A stretch of 62,311 nucleotides of DNA, counting the filler, from Dimorphilus gyrociliatus (taxonomy: Eukaryota > Animalia > Annelida), in NCBI GenBank assembly GCA_904063045.1. It is 3 parts of 3 records of this genome, joined end to end, with 100 filler letters (N's around TTAATTAATTAA, not from the genome) between each part and the next. Parts side by side here need not be neighbours in the genome. Positions count along the whole stretch, not along the records: positions 55,507 to 62,311 come from CAJFCJ010000305.1; 2 more parts are not named here. The stretch is one strand, 5' to 3'. Under the pieces are notes generated by a model, which was given only the letters and a program-made list of their open reading frames with translations, searched no databases and was not told the DNA's origin. Position 1 is the stretch's first letter, and every line of letters starts with the position of its first letter. Both the position numbers and the translations under genes were made by a program. This document shows, in pieces, positions 61,146 to 62,311 of the stretch.

Positions 61146-62311
61146 AGGAAATGGATATGATGGTCTCATATCTTCATCAAACTCTTGGAAAATATTGATT
61201 ATTTTGGTTGTGAATTAAATGATGTACAAGCTAAATTTGGGGTTGAAAATGGACCCAGTTGAAATTTGACCAAGCTTAGAGAATTTTTGAAATGATTTTT
61301 TTAATTTTCACAGTTATCGAAACATCTAGAATAAAAACAATACAGGTCTAGAGGAGAAGTATCCAATTTTGCAAGATAATACACTAATTGATTTAGACGT
61401 TGCTCCTTGGATATTCCCAATATCAACATTTTAATATATTTAAATATTTAAATGTTAAAAATATATTCATTATCGAATATTTTTACAGTTATTCAATAGC
61501 AATTGCTTTAATGGAATTTGCTGTTGGTCCTCATTTTCCAGTACCAAGGACTCATTGAGGTCTACTTACCTACACCTGCAAAAAGATTGAAGAGATTTAA
61601 TTAGGAAGTTGTAATAGTTTATCCTCTGGAGGACATTCCAGCCTCTGAACTTTCAATAAAACGGTCTCTCTTCTTTCCATTCAATCAAAAACAATTGAAA
61701 GAAGACTTAAAAATGACAAATGCCTTTGTGAATGAATGAATTATGAATTAATTAATTTTGAAAATTTGAATTGAATGTCCAGTAGGCAATATTGTAAATA
61801 TTGTCAACTCTGATAAGATTACTTTCTTCGTTTGGTTGACATTTGTCTGAACACCTTCACAAGGATCAGGTAATTATTTTCTACTGATTGACTTAAGCAA
61901 CTTTTTGCATCTTTTGAAAAATAAATTTGAAATGAGCATCAACTGCAACAGAGTTGCATAATGAAGTGTTGGTAAAGTTTGGGCAACAAAGAACATTTTT
62001 CATTTGAGACATTTTGCACTTTATTAGTTCAAGCTGTATTTTATTGTATTGTAACTGTATTTCTCCTTTCCAAATCATTTACCAATTGGCCAAAATACTG
62101 ACACAAATACAACCTCAAGTTTTTGATATGCATCATTGCCCCTTTGCCAATTTCGTTGTCATCATATCTATTACAGTCTAATATTTTACTTTCTATGAAA
62201 TAGAAATCTTTCTACAGTTCCTTAAGATGTAATTTCTAAATAAAGATATGTTACTAATACGCTAGTTAGTTTAATTATTATGTAAAGTGAGATACTAATA
62301 AAAAAATTCTC

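Noticed and set aside
61260-62311. Coding-like minus-strand fragments (LECPPED, LFFKRCKKL)
   Set aside because: Too fragmented to assign and truncated by the window end.
1-62311. tRNA, rRNA or snRNA genes
   Set aside because: No cloverleaf, rRNA-like or Sm-site-bearing conserved sequence was recognised by eye. A covariance-model scan (tRNAscan-SE, Rfam) would be needed to exclude them.

Overview
AT-rich animal (lophotrochozoan, annelid-like) genomic DNA with very short introns (about 50-80 bp). It resembles the compact Dimorphilus gyrociliatus genome, but that is inference. Two 100-bp artificial joins (N44-TTAATTAATTAA-N44 at 30076-30175 and 55407-55506) split the window into three blocks whose adjacency is unproven. 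Content: four LGR/GRL101-type GPCR loci (two LDLa-rich, one LRR-only, one pseudogene), a DEG/ENaC channel with a ~480-aa insertion, a CLCA-like protein, a tandem F-type lectin, a Roco-like (LRR-ROC-COR) gene with a degenerate P-loop and an MBT-like C-terminus, an intronless NACHT-LRR (NLR) gene plus several LRR-only relics, a two-exon Cys-rich prepropeptide missed by the ORF track, a large decayed inverted duplication, and Tc1, FLYWCH-MULE and solo-LTR-like elements. The best candidate for an undescribed system is this: all three LGR paralogues whose 3' ends lie in the window appear to carry a degenerate protein-kinase-like (pseudokinase) C-terminal domain. In the two intact-looking genes it is spliced onto TM7 via matching intron phases and an identical-length 44-nt mini-exon. 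All exon models and motif matches were made by hand; no database search or RNA data were available.
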